DNA from: Bacteroidales bacterium
Lineage (GTDB): Bacteria > Bacteroidota > Bacteroidia > Bacteroidales > P3
Length of the DNA stretch: 64,000 nucleotides
Direction: 5' to 3'
Assembly (NCBI GenBank): GCA_017449975.1
Contig: JAFSYK010000064.1
Span: 27,060-91,059, forward strand
Position numbers and translations under genes: made by a program. The notes under the pieces are model-generated. The model ran no database searches, was not told where the DNA came from, and worked only from the letters and a program-made list of their open reading frames with translations. Positions 8,513 to 18,273 of the stretch are shown in pieces; position 1 is the first letter of the stretch; each line of letters opens with the position of its first letter.

Positions 8513-8540
8513 CCTGTCGGAGGGGAGACCTTCCGACAGG
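8513..8540 (+). terminator. hairpin after the kdd-like gene
   Basis: cctgtcgga ... tccgacagg 9-bp stem followed by ttctattctc. Confidence 0.5.
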
Positions 8541-8565
8541 TTCTATTCTCAATAAATCGGCAATC

Positions 8566-8622
8566 CCGCACTAACGCATTTACGCATTCCCACAATAACA
8601 CATTAACGCACTAACGCATTCC
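8566..8622. repeat. TAACGCA(T/C)T word repeats
   Basis: cgcactaacgcatttacgcattcccacaataacacattaacgcactaacgcattcccc. The same words recur at 18238-18268. Confidence 0.8.
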
Positions 8623-8625
8623 CCT

Positions 8626-9570
8626 ATGATCTCACTCGTTATCCCTGTCTACAACCGTCCCGATGAAATTGTTGAGCTGTTGGAAAGCATTTCCCAGCAG
8701 GGCGACACCGATTTTGAAGTGATAGTGGTGGAGGATGGCTCGACACGCACCTGCAAGGAGGAGATTGCACCGTTTGCCGACAAGTTCAAGTTGCAGTATT
8801 TCTTCAAGGAGAATTCAGGTCCGGGTCCCAGTCGCAACTACGGCGTGCAACATGCGTCGGGCGACTATGTCATTGTGCTCGATTCCGACTGCATCTTGCC
8901 GGCCGATTACATGCGTGTCGTTCGACAGCATTTGGATAACGAACAGATCGATGCTTTCGGTGGCCCCGACAAGGCGCATGCTTCGTTTACCACGCTGCAG
9001 AAAGCTATCAACTATTCCATGACTTCGTTTCTCACCACGGGTGGCATCCGCGGCGGCATGAAGAATGTCAACAAGTTCCATCCGCGTAGTTTCAATATGG
9101 GTGTGCGTACCGAGGTGTGGAACAAGCTCGGCGGCTTCTCCCAGATGCGCTATGGCGAAGACATCGATTTCAGTATCCGTCTCAAAGAGGCAGGCTATAA
9201 GGTTGTGTTGATGCCGGATGCCTGGGTGTGGCACAAGCGACGCAACACGCTCAAGAGTTTCTTCAACCAGGTGTTCCATTTCGGACAGGCACGTATCTGC
9301 CTCTATCGCCTTCATCCCGACACGCTGAAGTTGGTACACCTGTTCCCGTCGGCTTTCGTGGTGGGCGTTGTTCTGCTGTTGCTGGCGGCTCCGTTTACCT
9401 ATGCACTCTCGCTGATTCCGATTGTCTTATTGGCTCTGCTTCTTTTCCTTGACTCGTTGCGTTTGAACAAGAGCTTCAAGGTGGCAGCCCTCTCCATCGT
9501 CACCGCTTTCACGCAGCAGTTCGGCTACGGACTGGGCTTCCTGCGGGAAATGGTCAGGGGCAAGAAATAA
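8626..9570 (+). CDS. family 2 glycosyltransferase with C-terminal TM segments
   Basis: ISLVIPVYNRPDEI, EVIVVEDGS, VLDSDC, GEDIDFSIRL. Confidence 0.85.
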   Translation: MISLVIPVYNRPDEIVELLESISQQGDTDFEVIVVEDGSTRTCKEEIAPFADKFKLQYFFKENSGPGPSRNYGVQHASGDYVIVLDSDCILPADYMRVVRQHLDNEQIDAFGGPDKAHASFTTLQKAINYSMTSFLTTGGIRGGMKNVNKFHPRSFNMGVRTEVWNKLGGFSQMRYGEDIDFSIRLKEAGYKVVLMPDAWVWHKRRNTLKSFFNQVFHFGQARICLYRLHPDTLKLVHLFPSAFVVGVVLLLLAAPFTYALSLIPIVLLALLLFLDSLRLNKSFKVAALSIVTAFTQQFGYGLGFLREMVRGKK

Positions 9571-9579
9571 AAAGTTTTC

Positions 9580-9780
9580 TTAGGGGTTGTCGGGTGCGTC
9601 GAGGTACTCCAAGGAGTTGATGACAGAGACCTCGGTGGCTTCGGCAATGGCGTCGTCATAGCCGGTCAGTGCGGCAAAGGGGGCGAACTGTGCTGCGCGT
9701 TGCCACATCGACATAGGTTTGTGACGTGTCGACACATGGTGGGGTAGTTGGATAATATCGTCGTAATTGTCGGCGTTCAT
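9580..9780 (-). CDS. YolD-like small protein (Y-family polymerase accessory)
   Basis: HKPMSMWQRAAQFAPFAALTGYDDAI matches the YolD-like core. Its ATG overlaps the polymerase stop codon by 4 nt (ATGA). Confidence 0.55.
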   Translation of the reverse strand: MNADNYDDIIQLPHHVSTRHKPMSMWQRAAQFAPFAALTGYDDAIAEATEVSVINSLEYLDAPDNP

Positions 9781-11285
9781 GCTTTGTGTCCTCCTATCTG
9801 TTTGTTGCGTTCGCGCGCGGTGGCGCCCTCCTCGAAATTAACGCCTTTCAGAATGGCGTTCTTGCCAAATTTCTTCTTGATGTGCAGCAGGCTCTGCTGC
9901 ATGGCGTGCTCGCGTTTCCGTTCCTGCTGTTCTGTCTCGCGCTGCTGTTGCTGCTGCTCCTTGTCGACAAACAGGTCTAACTGTATTGTCGGCTGCCGCT
10001 CGGCCTCCGACTCGTCGACCACATGGTTGGTGGCGATGGTCAGCCTGCGCACCAGCAGGTTGGGGTTGACGATGCGGTCGTACAGGTCGGTCAGCGCCGC
10101 CACGATGCGTCGCGACGATGAGGTGGGGGTGCCTAGGTTGGCGGTGCTGTGTGCCGCTTTGGGGACAGCCCGACCATAATAATCGAGTGCGACAGACCCT
10201 TTTATATTCTTTCGTTTGCTGTTGTCTTTCAGGTTTTGTGCGTCGTAGTTGACCGTCAGCACCAACTGGTCGGCCACCAACCGTTTGTCCACCAGGCTCA
10301 GCGCCACCGTGTCGCCCATCTCCTGCAGCACGATGCGGGCTTTCTCGGCAGGGTAGGGCTCGCTCAGCACTTGGCTGGTGCTCAACGAATGGTTCTCGGG
10401 TTCATAACGCTTGATCCAGTCGATGGTGCAGGGTTCCCAGCCCCAGGCATGGTCGATGAGCAGCTCGGCATTGATGCCGAAAAGCTTGTATAGCAGCTCC
10501 TCGTTGTGAATCGAGCAGCGGGCAATCTGTCCCATCGTGTGGATGCCCTGCTTCTCCAATCGTTGCACAATGCCGTGCCCCACCCGCCAGAAATCGCTGA
10601 GTGGCTGGTGGCTCCAGAGCTGTTGGCGGTACGACATCTCGTCCAGCTCGGCAATACGCACACCGTCTTTGTCGGGCTGTACGTGCTTGGCCACGATGTC
10701 CATCGCCACCTTGCAGAGGTAGAGGTTGGTGCCGATGCCTGCAGTGGCGGTGATGCCGGTCTGTTGCAGCACGTCGGACACCATGCGGCGGGCCAGCTCG
10801 TGGGCTGTAATCTTATAGCTGGATAGGTAGTTCGTCACATCCATAAAGACCTCGTCGATGCTGTAGACATGGATGTCGTCGGCCGACACATACTTGCGGT
10901 AGATGTCGAAAATCTTGCAGCTATAATCCATATAATAGGCCATGCGGGGCGTGGCTACCAGGTAATCTACCTCCCAGTCGGGATGCTCCGCCAGTTCGGT
11001 GGCGGAGGTGGATTTGCGCAGGAAGCGCTGTTCGGGCAGCCGGTCCAGTCGGCGACGGTTGACGTTGCGGATCTGCTGCACCACCTCGAAAAGGCGTGCC
11101 CGGCCGCCGATGCCGTAGGCTTTGAGCGAAGGGGACACCGCCAGACAGATGGTTTTCTCGGTGCGGCTGGCGTCGGCCACCACCAGATGTGTGGTCAGCG
11201 GGTCCAAGCCGCGTTCCACGCACTCCACAGAGGCATAGAAACTCTTCAGGTCGATGGCGATATATTGTCGTTGCCGGGTACTCAT
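9777..11285 (-). CDS. Y-family (DinB/UmuC/UvrX-like) translesion DNA polymerase
   Basis: YIAIDLKSFYASVECVERGLDP, SIDEVFMDVT, palm/fingers layout. Start taken at MSTRQRQ (11285). Confidence 0.85.
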   Translation of the reverse strand: MSTRQRQYIAIDLKSFYASVECVERGLDPLTTHLVVADASRTEKTICLAVSPSLKAYGIGGRARLFEVVQQIRNVNRRRLDRLPEQRFLRKSTSATELAEHPDWEVDYLVATPRMAYYMDYSCKIFDIYRKYVSADDIHVYSIDEVFMDVTNYLSSYKITAHELARRMVSDVLQQTGITATAGIGTNLYLCKVAMDIVAKHVQPDKDGVRIAELDEMSYRQQLWSHQPLSDFWRVGHGIVQRLEKQGIHTMGQIARCSIHNEELLYKLFGINAELLIDHAWGWEPCTIDWIKRYEPENHSLSTSQVLSEPYPAEKARIVLQEMGDTVALSLVDKRLVADQLVLTVNYDAQNLKDNSKRKNIKGSVALDYYGRAVPKAAHSTANLGTPTSSSRRIVAALTDLYDRIVNPNLLVRRLTIATNHVVDESEAERQPTIQLDLFVDKEQQQQQRETEQQERKREHAMQQSLLHIKKKFGKNAILKGVNFEEGATARERNKQIGGHKA

Positions 11286-11340
11286 CGCTATGCAAATATA
11301 CAAAAAAAACAATAGTCGTTGGCCGTTAAACAATAGCTGG

Positions 11341-11390
11341 TTGATTTTAGTTTTTAGTTTTCAGTTTTTAGATTTTAGTTTTTAGTTTTT
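11341..11390. repeat. TTTTAG(T) word array
   Basis: ttgattttagtttttagttttcagtttttagattttagtttttagtttttt between divergent polymerase and dnaB. Confidence 0.85.
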
Positions 11391-11394
11391 TGTG

Positions 11395-11402
11395 TACCTT
11401 TG
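11395..11402 (+). promoter_or_regulatory. -7 box TACCTTTG upstream of dnaB
   Basis: TAnnTTTG motif. It lies only 6 nt before the ATG at 11408, so the true start may be the ATG at 11450. Confidence 0.45.
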
Positions 11403-11407
11403 CATCT

Positions 11408-12946
11408 ATGGAAGTCATTTCGCGCCCATCTTCAAAACGCAAAGAACGAATGTCCTATGAGGCTGCTTTCAGCCTCAACGGCAAGACTCCGCCACAGGCT
11501 ACCGAACTGGAGGAGTCGGTGCTGGGTGCGCTCATGCTGGATCAGAACGCACTGAACAACACAATCGAAATACTGCACCCCGAATATTTCTACAAGCCTG
11601 AGCACCAGGCGGTGTTCAACGCCATATTCCACCTGTTTGAGGCTTCGCAGCCGGTGGATATGCTCACCGTTATCGAGCGACTCCGTCTCGACGGTACGCT
11701 GGAGGCGGCGGGCGGTGCCTATTATGTCTCGCAGCTCACCAACCATGTGGTCAGTGCCGCCCATATCGAGTACCATGCCCATGTGCTGAGTGAGAAGTTT
11801 TTCCAGCGTGAGCTGATACGCATCTGCACCGAGGTCATCACCGACGCCTACGACGAGAGCAGCGACATCATCTCGTTGCTCGATAGTACCGAGCAGCGGC
11901 TGATGGACATCAACGACCGCAATTTCCGCAGCGACTACCGCACCATGGACTCGCTGGTCTACGAGGCGGTGCAGGAAATCAAGAAAGTGCAGGAGAGCGA
12001 CAGCGAGTGTGTCGGTATTCCCACGGGATTCAAGGAACTCGACCGCATCACGGCCGGTTTCCAGCCCGGCACGCTCATCATCTTGGCTGCCCGTCCCGCT
12101 ATGGGTAAGACGGCCCTCGCACTGACCATGGCCCGCAACATGGCGGTGGATTTCCAGAAACCGGTGGCGTTCTTCTCCCTTGAGATGACCGGCATCGAGT
12201 TGGTCAAACGTCTTATTTCCAGCGAGACGGAGATTTCCGGCGACAAGCTGAAAAAAGGCGGCTTGGCAGCCTGGGAACAGGAGATACTCGCTTCGCGTAC
12301 GCAGATACTCAACGACGCCCCCATCTATATCGATGACACGCCGGGATTGTCCATCTTCGAGCTGCGTGCCAAATGTCGTCGACTCAAACAGAAGTACGAC
12401 ATCCAGATGGTCTTCATCGACTATCTGCAGCTGATGAATGGCGGCGGCGACGCGTCGCGCAACGGCAACCGTGAGCAGGAGATCAGTTCCATCTCCCGAC
12501 AGTTGAAGTCATTGTCCAAGGAGTTGAATATCCCCATCCTCGCCATGGCGCAGTTGAGTCGTGCCGTGGAGACCCGTGGCGGTGACAAGAAACCTATTCT
12601 GAGCGACTTGCGTGAATCTGGCGCTATCGAGCAGGATGCTGATATCGTCTCCTTCATCTACCGTCCGGAATACTACGGCTTTACCGAACCCGACGAAAAG
12701 GGACCCACCAGAGGCATGGCGGATGTGATTATTGCAAAACACAGAAGTGGCTCTGTCGGTACGGTACGACTGAAGTTTACCCCCAATTTCGCCCGCTTCG
12801 AGAATGTCGAACAGGTCACCGTCAACGAATACGGCATGGGCATCCCCGCCAACGAGCAATTCGACCAAGGTGCGCCCACCATCACCGTCGACTCCCGCAT
12901 CAACGAGAACGACAATTTCCCGGTGGATGACGAACCAGGTTATTAA
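11408..12946 (+). CDS. dnaB: replicative DNA helicase
   Basis: EESVLGALMLD N-domain, Walker A AARPAMGKTALAL, Walker B FIDYLQLM, SRQLKSLSKELNIPILAMAQLSR, IIAKHRSG. Alternative start at 11450. Confidence 0.95.
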   Translation: MEVISRPSSKRKERMSYEAAFSLNGKTPPQATELEESVLGALMLDQNALNNTIEILHPEYFYKPEHQAVFNAIFHLFEASQPVDMLTVIERLRLDGTLEAAGGAYYVSQLTNHVVSAAHIEYHAHVLSEKFFQRELIRICTEVITDAYDESSDIISLLDSTEQRLMDINDRNFRSDYRTMDSLVYEAVQEIKKVQESDSECVGIPTGFKELDRITAGFQPGTLIILAARPAMGKTALALTMARNMAVDFQKPVAFFSLEMTGIELVKRLISSETEISGDKLKKGGLAAWEQEILASRTQILNDAPIYIDDTPGLSIFELRAKCRRLKQKYDIQMVFIDYLQLMNGGGDASRNGNREQEISSISRQLKSLSKELNIPILAMAQLSRAVETRGGDKKPILSDLRESGAIEQDADIVSFIYRPEYYGFTEPDEKGPTRGMADVIIAKHRSGSVGTVRLKFTPNFARFENVEQVTVNEYGMGIPANEQFDQGAPTITVDSRINENDNFPVDDEPGY

Positions 12947-12971
12947 TGAATAATAATTAAAACAATATACT

Positions 12972-14009
12972 ATGGAAAAGAAAGATTTACTTAAAGAAAC
13001 AGTCAAACACATCGACATTAAGAAATACGACTCGACCGAGCTTATCGACGCCATGCGTTCGATGTCGTTCACCTCGCGCGACACTGCCCGTGCTGCCGAC
13101 ATCCTCACCATGATGTGCCGTGAGCACAACTGCACCAACATCCTCACCGTGGCGGGTTCCACCTCGGCGGCTGGCTGTATGCAGGTGTATGTCGACATGG
13201 TGCGCAGCAAGATGGTCGACGTGGTGGTCGCTACCGGTGCCACTATCATCGACATGGATCTCTTCGAGGCCCTCGGTTTCAAGCATTATATTGGCACCAA
13301 GGAGAACGTCATCCCCGACACCACGCTGCGTGAGCTCTATATCGACCGCATCTACGACACCTTCATCGACGAAGAGGAGCTACAGGTGTGCGACAACACC
13401 ACCTACAAGCTGGCCAACCAGCTGGAGGCGCGTCCCTACAGCTCGCGCGAGTTCCTCTATGAGCTGGGCAAATGGCTGCATGAGGGCAACAGCGTGAAGA
13501 AAGACAGCCTCATCCAGACCTGCTACGAGTGCGGCGTGCCTATCTTTGTGCCTGCTTTCAGCGACAGCTCCGCCGGTTTCGGTATCGGCAAGCACCAGTG
13601 GGAGCGCGCCCAAAAGGGTGAGAAGTACCTCTCCATCGACTCGGTGTGTGATTTCGTTGAGCTGACCAAGATCAAGATGGCGGCCCCCGAGACCGGCCTC
13701 TTCATGGTGGGTGGTGGCAGCCCCAAGAACTTTGCACAGGACACCGTGGTCTGTGCCGAGATTCTGGGTCACGAAGTGCCGATGCACAAATATGCCGTTC
13801 AGATTACCGTGGCCGACGCCCGCGACGGCGCCTGCTCGTCGTCCACGCTGCTCGAAGCTGGCAGCTGGGGCAAGGTGAGCGAAGAGCTGCAGCAGATGGT
13901 CTACGCCGAGGGTACCACCGTTATCCCCGCCATCGTCTCCTACGTCTATCACAACAACAGTTGGAAAGACCGCGAATACAAGAACTGGCAGAAGATTTTC
14001 GAGAAGTAA
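12972..14009 (+). CDS. deoxyhypusine synthase family protein
   Basis: GSTSAAGCMQVYVDMVRSKMVDVVVATGATIIDMD, FMVGGGSPKNF, AVQITVADARDG. Confidence 0.8.
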   Translation: MEKKDLLKETVKHIDIKKYDSTELIDAMRSMSFTSRDTARAADILTMMCREHNCTNILTVAGSTSAAGCMQVYVDMVRSKMVDVVVATGATIIDMDLFEALGFKHYIGTKENVIPDTTLRELYIDRIYDTFIDEEELQVCDNTTYKLANQLEARPYSSREFLYELGKWLHEGNSVKKDSLIQTCYECGVPIFVPAFSDSSAGFGIGKHQWERAQKGEKYLSIDSVCDFVELTKIKMAAPETGLFMVGGGSPKNFAQDTVVCAEILGHEVPMHKYAVQITVADARDGACSSSTLLEAGSWGKVSEELQQMVYAEGTTVIPAIVSYVYHNNSWKDREYKNWQKIFEK

Positions 14010-14025
14010 TTAAGGTTTTCAAGCA

Positions 14026-15306
14026 ATGACCGACTCCATCCTGGAGCTTATCCACCGTGAGGTGGTGCTCGCCACCGGTTGCACCGAACCCGGCGCTGTG
14101 GCTTTGGCGGTGGCCAAAGCCACGGAGACCCTGGGTGAGGAGCCGCAGACCGTGCAGCTGTCACTCAGCAAGAATGTTTTCAAGAACGCTATGGGTGTCG
14201 GCATCCCCGGCACCGGCATGATAGGCCTGCCCATTGCTGTGGCTATGGCGGTGACGTCGGGCGACTCCAAGCGTCAACTCGATATTCTCAATATCGGTGC
14301 GGAACAGATAGCGACGGCCAAACAGTGGCTGGCCCAACATGCTGCCGATATCGACATCAAGGTCAGCGACACCGACGACAAACTCTATATTGAATGTCGT
14401 TGCGCGGCTGGCGACAACCATGCCCGGGCGGTGATCTGCGGTCGTCACACCCATTTTGTTGCCATCGAGCACAACGGCGTGCCGTTGCTGAAAGACAATG
14501 TGTCTATGGCGCAGTCGGACCACGCCGCCACTGAGTCTTTCTGCATTCAGTCCTTTGCGCAGGTCTACGATTTTGCGCTCCACACAGACTTGGAACGACT
14601 TGAGTTCATCAACGAGGCGGTCGACTACAATCAGGCGGCATCGGTCGAGGGTCTCAAAGGCTATGGTCTCTACGCGGGCCGAATCCTGATGGACAATGCG
14701 GCGGGCGATATCGTCCACACTGTTGTTGCCAACACTGTGGCGGCATCCGACGCCCGTATGGATGGCTGTACGCTGCCGGTATACAGCAACAGCGGTAGCG
14801 GCAACCAGGGTATTGCCTGCACCTTGCCAGTCTATCACTACGGTAAGCTGAAAGGCTGCACGCACGAGCAAATCACACGTGCCCTCATCCTGTCGCATCT
14901 CACCTCTATCTATGTGAAATACGGCATCGGACGCCTGTCGGCGCTCTGCGGCATCGTCAACGCCTCCATCGGTGTGACGGCGGGCCTGGTCTATCTGCAG
15001 GGAGGCTCCTATAAGCAGATGTCCTACGCCATCAAGAACCTGATCAACACCATCGCCGGCATGGTGTGCGACGGCGCCAAGCCCAGTTGCGCACTGAAAA
15101 TGGCCACCGGTCTCTATTCCGCCTTTGTGTCGGCCGAGTTGGCTTGCCACAACCACGTTGTCGAGGAGACCGACGGCCTCAGCGAGGACGACATCGACAA
15201 CTCCATCCGCAACTTGGGTCGACTGGGCCACGACGGCATGAACGAGACCGACGATGTGGTGCTGGACATCATGACGCACAAGCAGTTGAAGTCTTGTACG
15301 AATTGA
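14026..15306 (+). CDS. UPF0597 / L-cysteine desulfidase (serine dehydratase alpha-like) family protein
   Basis: TGCTEPGAVALAVAKA, SGSGNQG, CDGAKPSCALK. Confidence 0.75.
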   Translation: MTDSILELIHREVVLATGCTEPGAVALAVAKATETLGEEPQTVQLSLSKNVFKNAMGVGIPGTGMIGLPIAVAMAVTSGDSKRQLDILNIGAEQIATAKQWLAQHAADIDIKVSDTDDKLYIECRCAAGDNHARAVICGRHTHFVAIEHNGVPLLKDNVSMAQSDHAATESFCIQSFAQVYDFALHTDLERLEFINEAVDYNQAASVEGLKGYGLYAGRILMDNAAGDIVHTVVANTVAASDARMDGCTLPVYSNSGSGNQGIACTLPVYHYGKLKGCTHEQITRALILSHLTSIYVKYGIGRLSALCGIVNASIGVTAGLVYLQGGSYKQMSYAIKNLINTIAGMVCDGAKPSCALKMATGLYSAFVSAELACHNHVVEETDGLSEDDIDNSIRNLGRLGHDGMNETDDVVLDIMTHKQLKSCTN

Positions 15307-15360
15307 TGTGACTCATACCTTGTAAAAGAATAATATCGCAATTATTCTAACGGAAAAACC

Positions 15361-15400
15361 TTCGGGCGGCGTTGTGCAGCAATGTACAAAGCCGCCCGAA
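15361..15400 (+). terminator. hairpin downstream of 14026..15306
   Basis: ttcgggcggc ... gccgcccgaa, a 10-bp stem. Confidence 0.5.
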
Positions 15401-15474
15401 ATGGTTTCTAATTACTAAATTTTTTCTGTTAATAAATAATGGGGTGCTTCGATGGCGCACCAAGGAAAATCATA

Positions 15475-15482
15475 TAACTTTG
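15475..15482 (+). promoter_or_regulatory. -7 box TAACTTTG
   Basis: TAnnTTTG motif 30 nt upstream of the ATG at 15512. Confidence 0.55.
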
Positions 15483-15511
15483 CAACAACTAAAAAACCAA
15501 AATTGTGCATC

Positions 15512-15868
15512 ATGGATTTTAAAGAAAACAGAAAAGAGGAGTTGTACTCACAGGCTATTCCCGCAGGCAAGCGTCGCTATTTCTTCGATGTGAAAGAGAC
15601 CAAAGGCGGCGACAAATTTGTGGTGATTACCGAGAGCCGTAAAATATTCGACAACAACACGGGTGAGTTCTATTACGATAAGAACAAGATGTTCCTCTAT
15701 AAAGAAGATTTCAACAAATTCCGTCAGGGCCTCGATAATGCGCTTTCGTTTATCGAGACGGGTATCGTTCCGCCGCCGGTAGTGGTGGAGGAAGAATATC
15801 GTCCCCGCACCGAGGAGTTTAATCTGGACGGTTCTGCCGCTCTTGACGACATCAATTTCAAAATCTGA
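15512..15868 (+). CDS. PUR-alpha-like (DUF3276) nucleic-acid-binding protein
   Basis: [27 protein letters not shown] repeat core. Start chosen downstream of the -7 box. Confidence 0.65.
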   Translation: MDFKENRKEELYSQAIPAGKRRYFFDVKETKGGDKFVVITESRKIFDNNTGEFYYDKNKMFLYKEDFNKFRQGLDNALSFIETGIVPPPVVVEEEYRPRTEEFNLDGSAALDDINFKI

Positions 15869-15870
15869 CA

Positions 15871-16644
15871 ATGTCCAAAATTATCGCTATCGCCAACCAA
15901 AAGGGTGGGGTAGGCAAGACCACCACCGCCACCAACCTGAGTGCGGCGTTGGCAGTGCTTGAATACAAAGTGCTGCTCATCGATGCCGACCCGCAGGCCA
16001 ACGCCACGTCGGGTATGGGCATCGACCCCGACTCGCTGGAGAAGAGTGCCTACGAATGCTTGCTGGGACAGGCTGCCGCTGCCGACTGTATTGTCGACAC
16101 CGCACTGCCCAATCTCTCGGTGCTGCCCACTCGCATCGACCTTGTCGGTGCCGAGCTGGAGCTGGTCGGCGAGAAAAACCGCGAATACTATATGCAGCGG
16201 GCGCTGGAACCGGTGAAAGACCAGTATGATTTCATCATCATCGACTGTTCGCCTTCGCTGGGTCTGATTACCGTCAACGCGCTCACCGCAGCCAACACGG
16301 TCATCATCCCCATCCAGAGCGAGTATTTCGCACTGGAAGGTCTCGGCAAACTGCTCAACACCGTCCGCATCGTGCAGACGCGTCTCAACCCGCAACTCAC
16401 CATCGAGGGTCTGCTCATCACCATGTACGACTCCCGTCTGCGGTTGGCGCGCCAGGTGGTGGAGGATGTCCGCACCCACTTCAAGCATCTGGTGTTCGAC
16501 ACACTGATTTGTCGCAACACCAAGCTTGCCGAAGCCCCCAGCTACGGCAAGCCGATTATCCTTTATGATGCCACCAGCCTGGGTTCGTTGAACTATATGA
16601 ACCTGGCCAACGAAATTGTCAAACGCAACAAGCTGAAGAAATAA
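15871..16644 (+). CDS. parA: chromosome partitioning ATPase ParA/Soj
   Basis: [16 protein letters not shown] deviant Walker [11 protein letters not shown]. Confidence 0.95.
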   Translation: MSKIIAIANQKGGVGKTTTATNLSAALAVLEYKVLLIDADPQANATSGMGIDPDSLEKSAYECLLGQAAAADCIVDTALPNLSVLPTRIDLVGAELELVGEKNREYYMQRALEPVKDQYDFIIIDCSPSLGLITVNALTAANTVIIPIQSEYFALEGLGKLLNTVRIVQTRLNPQLTIEGLLITMYDSRLRLARQVVEDVRTHFKHLVFDTLICRNTKLAEAPSYGKPIILYDATSLGSLNYMNLANEIVKRNKLKK

Positions 16645-17540
16645 TGTCCGCGAAGAAGAGTAGTCCCCTGAAAGGACGTGGCCTGTCGGCCATCCTGGGC
16701 GCATCCGTCGACATCGAGACGATACAAGGTGCCGCCGACGTTACGGCATCCATCACCTCGCTGCCTATCGACAAGATTGTTGTCAACCCCTTCCAGCCTC
16801 GCAAGGAGTTTAGTCAAGAGGCGCTCGACGAGTTGGCACAGTCTATCCGACAGCAAGGCATCATCACACCGGTCACGGTGCGTCTGATGCCCGACAACAC
16901 CTACCAGCTTATCGCCGGCGAGCGCCGTTTCCGTGCTGCCCAGCTGGCGGGCTTGAAAGAGATCCCGGGCTATGTCCGCATCGCTACCGACGGTCAGATG
17001 ATGGAGATGGCGCTGGTGGAGAACATCCAGCGTGAAAACCTGAACGCCATGGAGATTGCACTCTCCTATAATGCCTTGTTGGAGGAATGCCAGCTGACCC
17101 ACGAGCAACTCAGCGAGCGGGTGGGCAAGAGCCGTGCGACCATCACCAACTACCTGCGTCTGCTCAACCTGCCGGCCGAGACACAGCTGGCGCTGAGCGA
17201 CGGTCGAATCAGCATGGCGCATGCACGCGCGCTGGTCAATGTCGACGATTTGGACCAGCACCTCGCGCTGTTGCATGAGATTATCGAGCGACAGCTCTCT
17301 GTGCATCAGCTCGAGCAGCGCATCCAGAATCTGCGTACCGAGCAGAAGCCCATCGTTGCACACAAGACCGAGGCATTGCCATCCACCCATCAGGAGGGTC
17401 GCAACGCCCTTCGCAAATACCTTCAGTCGGAGGTGGAAATCCGCCGCTCCCGTCGCGGGAAAGGAACAATCACCATCCAGTTCAACACCGACTCCGACTT
17501 TGCTCGCATCCTCGCGCTGCTCCAGAATGCGAAAAAGTAA
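16644..17540 (+). CDS. parB: chromosome partitioning protein ParB/Spo0J
   Basis: NPFQPRKEF, LIAGERRFRAA, ENIQRENLN, HTH region. Start overlaps the parA stop. Confidence 0.95.
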   Translation: MSAKKSSPLKGRGLSAILGASVDIETIQGAADVTASITSLPIDKIVVNPFQPRKEFSQEALDELAQSIRQQGIITPVTVRLMPDNTYQLIAGERRFRAAQLAGLKEIPGYVRIATDGQMMEMALVENIQRENLNAMEIALSYNALLEECQLTHEQLSERVGKSRATITNYLRLLNLPAETQLALSDGRISMAHARALVNVDDLDQHLALLHEIIERQLSVHQLEQRIQNLRTEQKPIVAHKTEALPSTHQEGRNALRKYLQSEVEIRRSRRGKGTITIQFNTDSDFARILALLQNAKK

Positions 17541-17570
17541 AAACATTTTGGCCTGAAAAGGACGTATTGT

Positions 17571-17607
17571 CGTATCAATATCTCAACGTATCAACATCTC
17601 AACGTAT
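17571..17607. repeat. tandem 16-mer CGTATCAA(T/C)ATCTCAA x2.3
   Basis: cgtatcaatatctcaa cgtatcaacatctcaa cgtat immediately upstream of the ATG at 17606. Confidence 0.85.
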
Positions 17608-18208
17608 GCGGCGGCAATGGATAGTGACTCTCGCCTTCGTTGTGCTAATGGTTGGCAGTCGTGTTGTCGCTGCCCAAGAGCATCCGACGGTTGTCACCCT
17701 TGTCACCCCCGACAGCGTACAGCCACAACCCATCGCCAATACCCTGTCGGAAGAGATGCACTCCCCCCGCAAAGCGCTCTTCCTCTCATTTCTGCCAGGT
17801 GCCGGACAGGTCTACAACGGTCAGGCGTGGAAGGTGCCTATCATCTATGGCGGATTTGCCGCGGCAGGCTATTTTATCTATTACAACTACAATAAGATGG
17901 TTGATTTCCGCGACGAGTACCTGTGGCGAATCAAAGGTGGCGAACCGCAGCTGGAAGGTTACACCAACTATCCCGACAACAGCATCTACAACTACTATCA
18001 GTCCTATAACCAAAGCTTTCAGTTGGCCATCATTTTCTCTGTCATCATCTACAGCCTCAATCTGGTCGATGCTTTCGTTTATGGACACCTCTACGAATTT
18101 CAAATCAACGACGACATCTCCATGTCGCTGCACCCCAACGTGCAGCCCCTCCCATTGGGCACCTCTTCCTTCCCGATGACATCCCTCTCCTGCACCTTCA
18201 CCTTTTAA
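17606..18208 (+). CDS. DUF5683-like membrane protein
   Basis: LSFLPGAGQVYNGQAWKVPIIYGGFAAAGYFIYYN. Conserved position after parAB in Bacteroidota. Confidence 0.6.
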   Translation: MRRQWIVTLAFVVLMVGSRVVAAQEHPTVVTLVTPDSVQPQPIANTLSEEMHSPRKALFLSFLPGAGQVYNGQAWKVPIIYGGFAAAGYFIYYNYNKMVDFRDEYLWRIKGGEPQLEGYTNYPDNSIYNYYQSYNQSFQLAIIFSVIIYSLNLVDAFVYGHLYEFQINDDISMSLHPNVQPLPLGTSSFPMTSLSCTFTF

Positions 18209-18268
18209 ACTAAAAGGTAAAAGCTAAAAACTAAAACATTAACGCACTAACACATTAACGCATTTATT
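18209..18268. repeat. AAAGGTAAAAGCTAAAAACTAAAA word plus TAACGCA words
   Basis: aaactaaaaggtaaaagctaaaaactaaaacattaacgcactaacacattaacgcattt. Confidence 0.8.
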
Positions 18269-18273
18269 ATATC

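Noticed and set aside
14161-15279. 372-aa minus-strand ORF opposite the UPF0597 gene
   Set aside because: This is a shadow ORF in a GC-rich gene with no motifs. The plus strand carries conserved family signatures.
15724-17546. Two long minus-strand ORFs (15724..16704, 16593..17546) opposite parA and parB
   Set aside because: parA and parB are unambiguous on the plus strand. The antisense frames are compositional artefacts.
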